64,000 nt of DNA, from the NCBI GenBank assembly GCA_045600705.1, contig JAZRYL010000042.1, positions 15,833 through 79,832 of the forward strand, written 5' to 3'. The notes below the pieces were generated by a model. That model was given only the letters and a program-made list of their open reading frames with translations, had not been told where the DNA came from and did no database searches. Positions 54,078-62,704 of the stretch are shown here, one piece after another; the stretch's first letter is position 1, and each line of letters starts with the position of its first letter. Source of the stretch: Clostridia bacterium. Lineage in GTDB: Bacteria; Bacillota; Clostridia; Christensenellales; QALW01. The translations under genes and the position numbers were made by a program.

Positions 54078-56233
54078 AAAAACTGATTTCGGCTTTGCTT
54101 GCGGCTCTTGTGATTTTATCGGCAACGGGCTGCAACAGTCCGCTTGTTAATCCGGATGAAAAAAAGAATAACAACGGTAATTATCCCTCGCCGGAATCGT
54201 CGGTCGCAGCACCTAACGGCTACGGTGTCGATTTTGATTTTTTCACACATTCCAACGGATATTTCTACAAAAACGGTGAGAATACGGAACTTACCTACAT
54301 TCGAGGCGTGAATATGGGACTTTCCGAAGCCACCACGGATTTGGCAAATCCCGATATCACCTACGATACGTTCAGCGAATGGTTCTCGCAAATCAAGGAA
54401 ATGAACGCCAATACGGTGCGTGTCTTTTCCGTTATGAACCCGGATTTCTATAATGCGCTTTACGATTTCAACAAGGAACATTCCGATTCTCCGCTTTACC
54501 TTATTCAGGGAATATGGTTTTCCGAGGACCTTATGTACGAACTGACCGATGCTCTGGAAAGCGATGAAATTCTTATTTCCGCGTTCAAGCGCTCTGTTAC
54601 TGAAACAATCGACATTGTTCACGGAAACAGCAACTATACCACCTACGGCAAAATTTCGCCGGCTATTTACAAAAAAGACGTTTCAAAGTATTGCATAGGC
54701 TATATTCTCGGCCTTGAATATCCTGCCGAATTCGTTATTGAAACGAATGCTTCGCACCCGGATAAAAAGGAATTTTCGGGAACATATCTTTATACCGACA
54801 CCGGCGCATCGCCGTTTGAATATTTTCTGTGCGACGTTGGCGAAACGCTTATCGCATACGAAACAGACAATTATTCCCACCAGACACCCATTGCGTTTCT
54901 TAACTGGCAGACGCTTGACACCATAAGACATTCCAACGAGCCCTTTGTGGACGAGGAAGATGCGGTCAGCGTAAATACCGAAAATATTATGAAAACGTCA
55001 ATGTACGTTCCAGGACTTTTTGCCGCAGTAGATATTTACCCCTATTACCCGGAATTTATGAATCACCAAGGCGAATATCTTGAATACCGTGACGAAAACG
55101 GCAACAGTGACACTTACAGAGCGTATCTTAATGACCTTAAAAAGCAGTATTCCGTGCCGGTTCTTGTTGCCGAATACGGACTTCCCACATCAAGAGCCGT
55201 TGCACATCTTTCGGTTAACGGCTACAATCAAGGCGGATTGACCGAGCAGGAGCAGGGCGAATACTGCGCACAAATGACAAGAAGCATTGCGCTTGAAGGC
55301 TATTGCGGCGGACTTCTTTTCTCGTGGCAGGACGAATGGTTCAAAAGAACGTGGAATACCACAATGTACTATCCCGAAAATCCCTCGGAAAGAACGCACA
55401 ATCTGTCCTCCGCCGAGCAGAGTTACGGAATTGTAAGTTATGACGTTTCAAAATACTATCCCGACGGTGATTTTTCTGAATGGACTGATTTGGATTTCAT
55501 TCAAAACACCAACGTAAAGGTTCGCTACGATGCGGAATATATGCACGTCTACGTGGAACTTCCGTCGAATTTCAATTTTGAAAAGGATAAATACTACGTT
55601 CCCATCTCGGTTTTGGGCGCAGGAAGCACCGAATGTAAAGATAAAAATCTTTCGTTTGATAAAAATTGCGATTTCCTGCTTGAAATAAACGGCGAACAAA
55701 ATACCCGAATACTGTGCGACGAATACGTGGATTTGTTCAAATTCAAGTATTACGTGCAGAAAAACGTGTTCGGAAACGTGGCAAGCCTTGCGGATAATAC
55801 CGGCAAATACAACAAAATTCAGATGATTGTTGCAAACGAAATGTACTTGCCCGACGATGACAAAACTATTCCTCCTCAGTCCTACGAAACGGGACTTCTC
55901 AGATACGGCATCGCCAATCCCGATTCGGAACAGTTTAATTCTCAGGCAGATTTCTATTATAAGGACGGCGAGGTGGAAATTCGCATTGCGTGGCACTTGC
56001 TTAACGTTGCGAATGCTCGGCTGAGTATGTGCATTGACAAGTTCACCGGCGATGAAGTCACTTTCACGGGCTTTAAGGACATTTATATCGGCAGCGGCAC
56101 AAGCGGCGAAATATCGTTAAATCCCACATACTTCGAAGCGCCTAAGTTCGTTAAGGTGAAAAAACGTCTTAAAGCTTCATATAAATATATGAAAGACGCC
56201 TTTGCCGAACTGAAAGAAAATATCAGCAACTGA
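54074..56233 (+). CDS. lipoprotein, extracytoplasmic TIM-barrel glycosidase-like protein (paralogue B)
   Basis: 719 aa with lipobox LSATGC. Blocks collinear with paralogue A: RGVNMGLSEA, EMNANTVRVFSVMNPDFYNAL, HSNEPFV, VDIYPYYPEF, VAEYGLPTSRA, FSWQDEWFKRTWN, EIRIAWHLLNVAN. ATGA overlap with the previous gene. Confidence 0.7.
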   Translation: MKKLISALLAALVILSATGCNSPLVNPDEKKNNNGNYPSPESSVAAPNGYGVDFDFFTHSNGYFYKNGENTELTYIRGVNMGLSEATTDLANPDITYDTFSEWFSQIKEMNANTVRVFSVMNPDFYNALYDFNKEHSDSPLYLIQGIWFSEDLMYELTDALESDEILISAFKRSVTETIDIVHGNSNYTTYGKISPAIYKKDVSKYCIGYILGLEYPAEFVIETNASHPDKKEFSGTYLYTDTGASPFEYFLCDVGETLIAYETDNYSHQTPIAFLNWQTLDTIRHSNEPFVDEEDAVSVNTENIMKTSMYVPGLFAAVDIYPYYPEFMNHQGEYLEYRDENGNSDTYRAYLNDLKKQYSVPVLVAEYGLPTSRAVAHLSVNGYNQGGLTEQEQGEYCAQMTRSIALEGYCGGLLFSWQDEWFKRTWNTTMYYPENPSERTHNLSSAEQSYGIVSYDVSKYYPDGDFSEWTDLDFIQNTNVKVRYDAEYMHVYVELPSNFNFEKDKYYVPISVLGAGSTECKDKNLSFDKNCDFLLEINGEQNTRILCDEYVDLFKFKYYVQKNVFGNVASLADNTGKYNKIQMIVANEMYLPDDDKTIPPQSYETGLLRYGIANPDSEQFNSQADFYYKDGEVEIRIAWHLLNVANARLSMCIDKFTGDEVTFTGFKDIYIGSGTSGEISLNPTYFEAPKFVKVKKRLKASYKYMKDAFAELKENISN

Positions 56234-56265
56234 AAAATTTCACGATAACAGTAAAATAATAAATC

Positions 56266-56304
56266 AGCCCCCTGCGGATTGAACGCAGGGGGCTTTGCTG
56301 TTTT
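56266..56304. terminator. bidirectional terminator between the convergent operon and the giant gene
   Basis: AGCCCCCTGCG-GATTGAA-CGCAGGGGGCT followed by TTGCTGTTTT. Confidence 0.8.
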
Positions 56305-56322
56305 AGATTACTGTTAATTTGA

Positions 56323-59300
56323 TTAGTCTGCTGTGTATTCAACAGTGGAAGCGGTTTTATATGCACATCCTGCAAGGTTGGCGGTAACTGTTTCGTCGTT
56401 CAAACAAGATACTGACATTGTTCCGCTGAACGTTGTGCCGGCGAACATATATCTTATTCCCATTGTATCATACGATACTTTTTCGCCTAAACTGTCGTAT
56501 GCACCTGCGGTGAGCGATCCTACAAGATTTGAGAAATAGCATTCACGGGGAACTGTAAGTGTTATGACCGTTTCTTCACCGGGGGCAAGGTTTACGTTAC
56601 ATCTTGCAGAAGTGATGGGGGTAAGATTTTCATCGGCATAAGCCACGTGACCCCAGTTGTAATTCAGTGATACCCATGTAACAGTTGCCGTAGTGTTGTT
56701 CTTGATAAGAAGTTGAACTTCTTTTTCAGTTTCGCCGTCTTCAAAAACAAGATCGGAGAAAGGCAGACTTGATGCGTTAGCACCCGACGTGCTGACAATG
56801 TAAAGATTTTGTCCAGCAAGCGTGTAACGGGCACAAGCCGTGTTTTCACAGAAAAGGCACTGTGCATCGTTATAATCAATGATGCTTTGGAGATTTTCGG
56901 GCAACAGAGTAGCACGGGTAACATTTTCGAATGTATCTTGTGCGCTCATTGAACCTGTTGCGGATAAGCCAACTGTTACGGCAGGGTCGTTAAGACAGGT
57001 AACGTACAGACTTCCGTCAGCGGTATTGCTAAATCCGAATTTAATTCCGAAATCTTTATAAGAAATCTGCTCGCCTAAACTGTCGTACGCACCTTGAGTG
57101 AGCTGCCCCGGCTGATTTGAGAAATAACACATTTTGGGAACGGTCAATTCGATAACCGCATATTCACCGGGGAGAATACGTTCTGATGAGTACGTGCCGG
57201 ATATACGGACAAGTTGGTCAGCAGAGGGATATGCCAAATATCCCCAGTTATAGCAAAGGGTGGCTCCCGTAAGAGTTGCATTTGTGTCGTTGTAAACAAG
57301 GAAGCGGTAAAGTTTACTGTCTTCGTTACCCATATCTGAGAATTTGAATGGTGTAACTCTGCTTGAACCGGATTTTGATACAACGTAATTTCTTGTTCCT
57401 GCAAGAGTAATCTTGGCAACATCCACGTTGTGGTGACCCGTGGCGGGAAGTGAAACAATGTTTTCTGTTACTCCTTCGCAATGGACACATTTGTCACCGT
57501 ATCTAAAACCGTCAATGCAATCGGCAATGCTTCTTGTTCCGATATAGCCAATCCGTTCAAGTTCTTGAACAAGGTCTTCGGGTACTGAGAGTTTATTCGA
57601 TATCAGGCTTGCATTAACATGTCTGCCGCCGTTGGCACCGGCCTGCGATAATGCATAATTGAGTGTGGCTTCGTTAAGTCCGGAAACGTAAAGAGTGCCG
57701 TCGTTTACTGCACCGTCAAACATAAACCTTAATCCTACGGAATGATAGTCAATAAGTTGACCTAAACTGTCAGAACTTCCGTCTGTTGCGTTGTTGCGCA
57801 AATTGGAGTAAATTGCTTGGCGGGGCAAGGTAAGAGTGATTTCAATTCCCTGGCCGGGCATAAGCTCAAGTGATTTGGCCGTATTGGGAATACGTGTAAG
57901 ATTGTCAGCATCGGGATAAGCATAGAAGCCCCAATTATAGTTAAGCGTAACGCTTGTAAGTTTTTTGTTTGTGCCGTTGTACAGATACAAGTGAATTTCT
58001 TTTTCGTTTTCATCACCCATATCCACGAACTTAAAGGGTGAATATTCAACTCCGGGACGGGTAACTAAGTATGAACCGTTAATGTCGTTAAAACCAACGG
58101 TTTCAAATGACTTGTGACTGAGTGCCGGAACAATAGTATCACTTGTGATGCGGCCGCATCGTGTGCAGGCGGAAATTTCAAATCCATCAGCGTCGCAGGT
58201 GGGTGCAATGTAGGAAGTAACCTTATCGTTATGACCGAGGGAAGCAATCCTCTCCGTTTTAGTAGCGTTACAACGGGTGCAGGCAAAATATTTTGTTCCT
58301 TCTGCTTCGCAGGTAGCGGGAGCGGTGGAGGTAAGAACAAAATCATGACCTAATGCGCTATGCATCGTCTGACCGCAGATTTCGCATACCTGAGCGGTAA
58401 GGCAAGTTGCTTCAGCACCGGGCGTATGCGCACCGTAGTCTTCAAGGGCAGTTTGAGTCATTTCAGCGGAGCAGTGTACGCAAAGATTGGAAGAATGACC
58501 TTTGTGCATACAGTCGTGTTCAAAAAGTCCGATCTTTGAAAAACCGCAGGCGGTAAGTCCGTCATTGACATAGTTGGGAACTGCCGTGTTCTGCAACAGC
58601 GCAACGGGTTCGTCGTTGAAGCAAGCCGTTTTTGAAAGGCAGGCATTGATGTTTCCTGCTTCCACACCGTCGGAATTTATGCAGGTAATGTAAACGTTTC
58701 CGGTGGCATTGCCGCCGCCGAACATAATACGAAGTCCCAAATCCTCATAGGAAACTATCTCGCCGTTGCTGTCGGTAGAACCGTCGGTAAGGTAGCCCGA
58801 TTTATTGGACATTATGCAATTCTTGGGAACGGTCAGTGTAACTTGGATGCCGTTGTGAGGTGCAAGAGAGCCGTTCCAACAGGTGTTTGGAATACGTGTA
58901 AGTGTTCCGTTGGCAGGATAAGCGTAGTATCCCCAACGGTAGCCGAGTGAGAATGTTGTAATAGTCTTATCCGTATCATTGAAGAGATAAAAACTTACTT
59001 GTTTGGAATCTCCGCTCATACTCATTGTCTTAAAGGGAGTGAGTTTATCTGCACCGGCATTTGTAACGACGTAATAGTAAGCACCGTTTACGGAAATGCG
59101 AACAGTTTCTGTTTCGGCGTGATTCAAAGCACTGATGTTGTCGGTTTCAACGATTCGGCAGCGAGTACAGATGTGATCTACTTTTCCTGCTTCGGTGCAG
59201 GTAGCGGGAACAGAACTGTTTTCAAAATCGTGACCTAAAGCGTCATTGATGATAGCATGACAATTTCTGCAAACTTGCGGTGCCGTGCAGGTTGCGTTAG

Positions 59301-62300
59301 CTCCGCCTTGATGCGGAAGCAGGGGTGAAGCGGTAAGTGAACCGGATATTATACTGTTGCAGTCCGCACAGTAGGTGTATGCGCCGTGACCGCGACGTGC
59401 GCAGGTGGAATTCATTGAACCAAATATAACGGTATTTGAATGTGCGCAGGAAGCATTGGCACGACAAACGTAAAGCGCCATATCGCAGGTTTCTTTTTCA
59501 GTAACATTCCACGTTCCGGAGGACGAGGCGGTGAAACTGCCGGCCGAATCAATTTGACCTGTAACGGGATTAAACCATATATAATTATATGAAGCATTAG
59601 CTGTTAAGTGACCTAAAACACCGGTTTTTACAGCATTTTCGGGTGTTGCGTTAGGTGTTCTTGCAATAGTAGTATCACTGAAATTGTAGAAGTAAACTAC
59701 TGCCTTGCTTGAGTCATTCGCAGAAGCGCAAATGGGGAATACTCCGTTGTTTTCGGGCGTAAAGTATTCCGTATAGTCAAAGCGAGGAACAAGGTCGTAC
59801 CAATTTCCAACCAAGTTGGACATAAATTCGTGCAGATAGCCTAACTGATAAGTGCTTGGATATTCAAGTGAACTTTCCCACGTTGCGGCAACTTTATCTG
59901 CGGCGGTAATAATATCTACACCGTCGGTACTGTCTTCGTCTTCACCGTAGGAACTTAAATAGCACCATGTGTCCTGACCGCCCCATGCGGCACCGTACAT
60001 TCCGCTGAGGTATGCCATCCAGCCCTGAACTCTTGCACCGAAATTTTTTGTCCAAAGGTAACAGTATTTTCCCTCGTAAAGAACTACCGGTTTACCTTGA
60101 CCGTTCTGCCAATAATCCATAGGTGCAGTTTGATTTATTTTTACATTGTAACTTTGTGACCACTGTGAAGCATACCAAGTATGCGCTGAACAGTCACGGA
60201 AAGCAGAATCTGAAGCGGCGGTACTGCCGGAATATTCCTGATGAGCGGTCAACGGATGCGAGTAGGCATCGTGATGAGCGATACGTTCAGCAACATAAAC
60301 GTAGGGGTTGTTTACGTATGACCATTCCATGTGACTGTTATATTCACTTCTATCCCAATAGAAGTCGTTGTCAACCTCTTGACCGAGAGTCCAGAAAACG
60401 GGATAAGCACCGTAACGGGCAACCCAGTATCTTGAAATAAGGTCAAGTGCTTCTTTTGCCGAATCGGATAAATCGTACACGGTAACGTTTGAATGATTTT
60501 CGTTTGCTGTGCCTACGGGGGTATTTGACCATCCGCCGTTATTATTGATAAATGATTTCATATCCGACGGGAAGAAGAATTCCGCATTTGAATGGCACAA
60601 TCCGTAGGAGGCGATTATGTCGAATTTTTCGTCATTAACGTGGAAACCGTCAATATCTTCTTGGGTGATGCCGTTTTTTGCATTGAAGCCTGCACCAATC
60701 GGTTCGGACTGAATAACGGTGAAGTTCTGCTGAACACGTTTTTTTACTACTGTTTTAATGTTTGAAACGGGTTCGGAGCCCATTCCCCAATGGGTATCGC
60801 CGAGATAGAAGAACGGTGTTCCGTCTGCATAGGTGAAATATTTTGTTGATCCGGTTTTTACGAATCCGTGACGGTAAATATCAAGAGTTCCTGCGTAAGG
60901 TGTGCAGATAACTGTTCCGGTCTGATTGTGAAGCCCCCCATCAAGGGTGTTTGAACAATCGGTGTAATAAGTCCATGTTCCGGGTTCGGTGCAAACAAAA
61001 CGGGCACGCCAAATATTGCTTCCGTCCCAGAATGCGGGAACGGTGTAGGTGACTGTTCCGTTTGTAAGGACAAGGTCGAGAGTTACGTCCTTATAGGGGT
61101 TCGAGTAAGTGTTTTTTGCAACAAAGACTGCCTCGTTGAGTGTCCATGTGGAAGCACGGCCTACTTCGTGAGCATAGTCGCTGCCGTCGTCAATAAGAAT
61201 AATGCGGAAATTGTCTATTTTTATATTTGTTACGTCGGCAGCAATCATGTGAAAACCGAATTTCCACCAACCCGAAGCGTTAACGTCGGCATCGGAAACG
61301 GTAAAAGTGTCTTCGTAAGAATACCACTGATTACCTGCCTTTGTGCCTGCACCCTTTAAGCCTCTGTAGTTTGTAAAATTACAGAAAGAATACTGTTTAT
61401 CAGTACGGATAACGCAGGAGAAAGGCTGTTCGGCGGTAGTATTGTTCGCTTTGTAGTCAAATGAAATCTTATATGTACCTGCACGGTCAATTCTTGTTTT
61501 AATATTTATTGCAGCGGTGTGGAATGAATAACTGCTTCCTGAATTTTTTGTAAATTTAAAACAGTTGCCGTCCTTGCCGTCAGCAGAAATGGCCGTTGTG
61601 ACTGAACCGAATGATTCCGTCCACATAGTGTCGTTTACGTTTGAAACATTATCAAAGGAAGAAGAACTTTCGGGAATTATATTTGCCGATTCGGAAGCGA
61701 TAACCTTTACATTGTCAATGTAAATTTCCGAAACGGAGTTGTGAATTTGATGTAAGCAAAGATCCCACTTATTTTTGGATGCAAAATCTGCTTCGGTGAA
61801 AGTGAGAGTAGCGGTGTATGTGTACCATACGCCCGATGAACCGAATTTTGCCTGAGACAGTTCACCGTAATAATTATCACCGTAAAGTCTTGCAAATGAA
61901 TACTGCTTGTCGGTACGAATAAGTACTGTGAACGGCTGACATTCGGATGAAGAGGTTACCGAGTAGTCGAACAGAAGTGTGTATGTACCGGGGTGATCTA
62001 TATAAGGAGCAAGATTTAATGCGGCTGAAGCATACGATCCGCCGGAAGCGGGTTTTACCACTTTGAGGCATTTTCCGGGGTTGCCTAAATCAACTACCGA
62101 CATGTTAGGCGAACCGTAGTGGTTACCCCAACCTGCATCGATAGGAGAAACTGCACTGTCAAAATTACTTGCTTTGTCCGGAATAATATTTCCGGCACGG
62201 CAGATAAGGCTGTTTTCTGTTGCCGATACATTAAGCGCAAGCATTGGAAATACAGACAGAATCATTGTAAGGCTAATCAGAATACTCAAAAATTTAGTAT

Positions 62301-62313
62301 GTGTTTTTTTCAT
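56323..62313 (-). CDS. giant secreted multidomain protein: 2 CBM-like modules, DUF5060/DUF4038 (GH140-like) TIM-barrel region, Cys-rich modules, 4 copies of an uncharacterised ~190-aa repeat
   Basis: 1996 aa with signal peptide MKKTHTKFLSILISLTMILSVFPMLALNVSA. Duplicated module: ..CLKVVKPASGGSYASAALN..FTVLIRTDKQYSF and ..CFKFTKNSGSSYSFHTAAIN..FSCVIRTDKQYSF. Also YSNPYKDVTLDLVL..FWDGSNIWRARFVCTEPGTWTYYT and DGTPFFYLGDTHW. Cys modules such as ATCTEAGKVDHICTRC. Four repeats carry (T/S/L)PFK..LNYNWG(F/Y)YAYP..LTRIPNT. Confidence 0.8.
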   Translation of the reverse strand: MKKTHTKFLSILISLTMILSVFPMLALNVSATENSLICRAGNIIPDKASNFDSAVSPIDAGWGNHYGSPNMSVVDLGNPGKCLKVVKPASGGSYASAALNLAPYIDHPGTYTLLFDYSVTSSSECQPFTVLIRTDKQYSFARLYGDNYYGELSQAKFGSSGVWYTYTATLTFTEADFASKNKWDLCLHQIHNSVSEIYIDNVKVIASESANIIPESSSSFDNVSNVNDTMWTESFGSVTTAISADGKDGNCFKFTKNSGSSYSFHTAAINIKTRIDRAGTYKISFDYKANNTTAEQPFSCVIRTDKQYSFCNFTNYRGLKGAGTKAGNQWYSYEDTFTVSDADVNASGWWKFGFHMIAADVTNIKIDNFRIILIDDGSDYAHEVGRASTWTLNEAVFVAKNTYSNPYKDVTLDLVLTNGTVTYTVPAFWDGSNIWRARFVCTEPGTWTYYTDCSNTLDGGLHNQTGTVICTPYAGTLDIYRHGFVKTGSTKYFTYADGTPFFYLGDTHWGMGSEPVSNIKTVVKKRVQQNFTVIQSEPIGAGFNAKNGITQEDIDGFHVNDEKFDIIASYGLCHSNAEFFFPSDMKSFINNNGGWSNTPVGTANENHSNVTVYDLSDSAKEALDLISRYWVARYGAYPVFWTLGQEVDNDFYWDRSEYNSHMEWSYVNNPYVYVAERIAHHDAYSHPLTAHQEYSGSTAASDSAFRDCSAHTWYASQWSQSYNVKINQTAPMDYWQNGQGKPVVLYEGKYCYLWTKNFGARVQGWMAYLSGMYGAAWGGQDTWCYLSSYGEDEDSTDGVDIITAADKVAATWESSLEYPSTYQLGYLHEFMSNLVGNWYDLVPRFDYTEYFTPENNGVFPICASANDSSKAVVYFYNFSDTTIARTPNATPENAVKTGVLGHLTANASYNYIWFNPVTGQIDSAGSFTASSSGTWNVTEKETCDMALYVCRANASCAHSNTVIFGSMNSTCARRGHGAYTYCADCNSIISGSLTASPLLPHQGGANATCTAPQVCRNCHAIINDALGHDFENSSVPATCTEAGKVDHICTRCRIVETDNISALNHAETETVRISVNGAYYYVVTNAGADKLTPFKTMSMSGDSKQVSFYLFNDTDKTITTFSLGYRWGYYAYPANGTLTRIPNTCWNGSLAPHNGIQVTLTVPKNCIMSNKSGYLTDGSTDSNGEIVSYEDLGLRIMFGGGNATGNVYITCINSDGVEAGNINACLSKTACFNDEPVALLQNTAVPNYVNDGLTACGFSKIGLFEHDCMHKGHSSNLCVHCSAEMTQTALEDYGAHTPGAEATCLTAQVCEICGQTMHSALGHDFVLTSTAPATCEAEGTKYFACTRCNATKTERIASLGHNDKVTSYIAPTCDADGFEISACTRCGRITSDTIVPALSHKSFETVGFNDINGSYLVTRPGVEYSPFKFVDMGDENEKEIHLYLYNGTNKKLTSVTLNYNWGFYAYPDADNLTRIPNTAKSLELMPGQGIEITLTLPRQAIYSNLRNNATDGSSDSLGQLIDYHSVGLRFMFDGAVNDGTLYVSGLNEATLNYALSQAGANGGRHVNASLISNKLSVPEDLVQELERIGYIGTRSIADCIDGFRYGDKCVHCEGVTENIVSLPATGHHNVDVAKITLAGTRNYVVSKSGSSRVTPFKFSDMGNEDSKLYRFLVYNDTNATLTGATLCYNWGYLAYPSADQLVRISGTYSSERILPGEYAVIELTVPKMCYFSNQPGQLTQGAYDSLGEQISYKDFGIKFGFSNTADGSLYVTCLNDPAVTVGLSATGSMSAQDTFENVTRATLLPENLQSIIDYNDAQCLFCENTACARYTLAGQNLYIVSTSGANASSLPFSDLVFEDGETEKEVQLLIKNNTTATVTWVSLNYNWGHVAYADENLTPITSARCNVNLAPGEETVITLTVPRECYFSNLVGSLTAGAYDSLGEKVSYDTMGIRYMFAGTTFSGTMSVSCLNDETVTANLAGCAYKTASTVEYTAD

Positions 62314-62356
62314 AACGATACATCTCTTTCCTTATTTTTCTTTTGGCTTCGAAAAC

Positions 62357-62385
62357 ATTATAGCATACCGCTTTTTCAATTTCAA
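62357..62385 (-). promoter_or_regulatory. sigma-A type promoter of the giant gene
   Basis: Minus strand TTGAAA, 17 nt, TATAAT with an upstream TGC (extended -10). Confidence 0.6.
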
Positions 62386-62704
62386 GAGGAAATTTAATTA
62401 TTTGTTAAATATTTGTACATAATTTCAAAACACCGAAAAGTGCGGTGATTACTGCGTTTTCGTGAATTCGGGACAAAAAATATTCTTATTATAATATAGT
62501 AATGAAGCGATTATTCGGTGAGAAAATGAAAATTTGGTATTGACAAACGGTTCATTTTATGCAATCATAAAAATGCAGGGGAAAGTGGCTCTTATGACAT
62601 TTTCCGTACGCATAACGGTATGAATCAGAAACTAATCAAATTTGCAAAAAAAGTTGTGTCTTTATTACTTTATTCGTATTTTCATCATTTGCGGGGAATA
62701 GACT

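Noticed and set aside
39756-62313. Sortase (LPXTG), SLH or choline-binding anchors on the secreted proteins of the island
   Set aside because: I searched the C-termini and repeats of the 397-aa and 1996-aa proteins by eye. No LPXTG-plus-hydrophobic-tail, SLH or choline-binding repeats were seen, so no anchoring claim is made.
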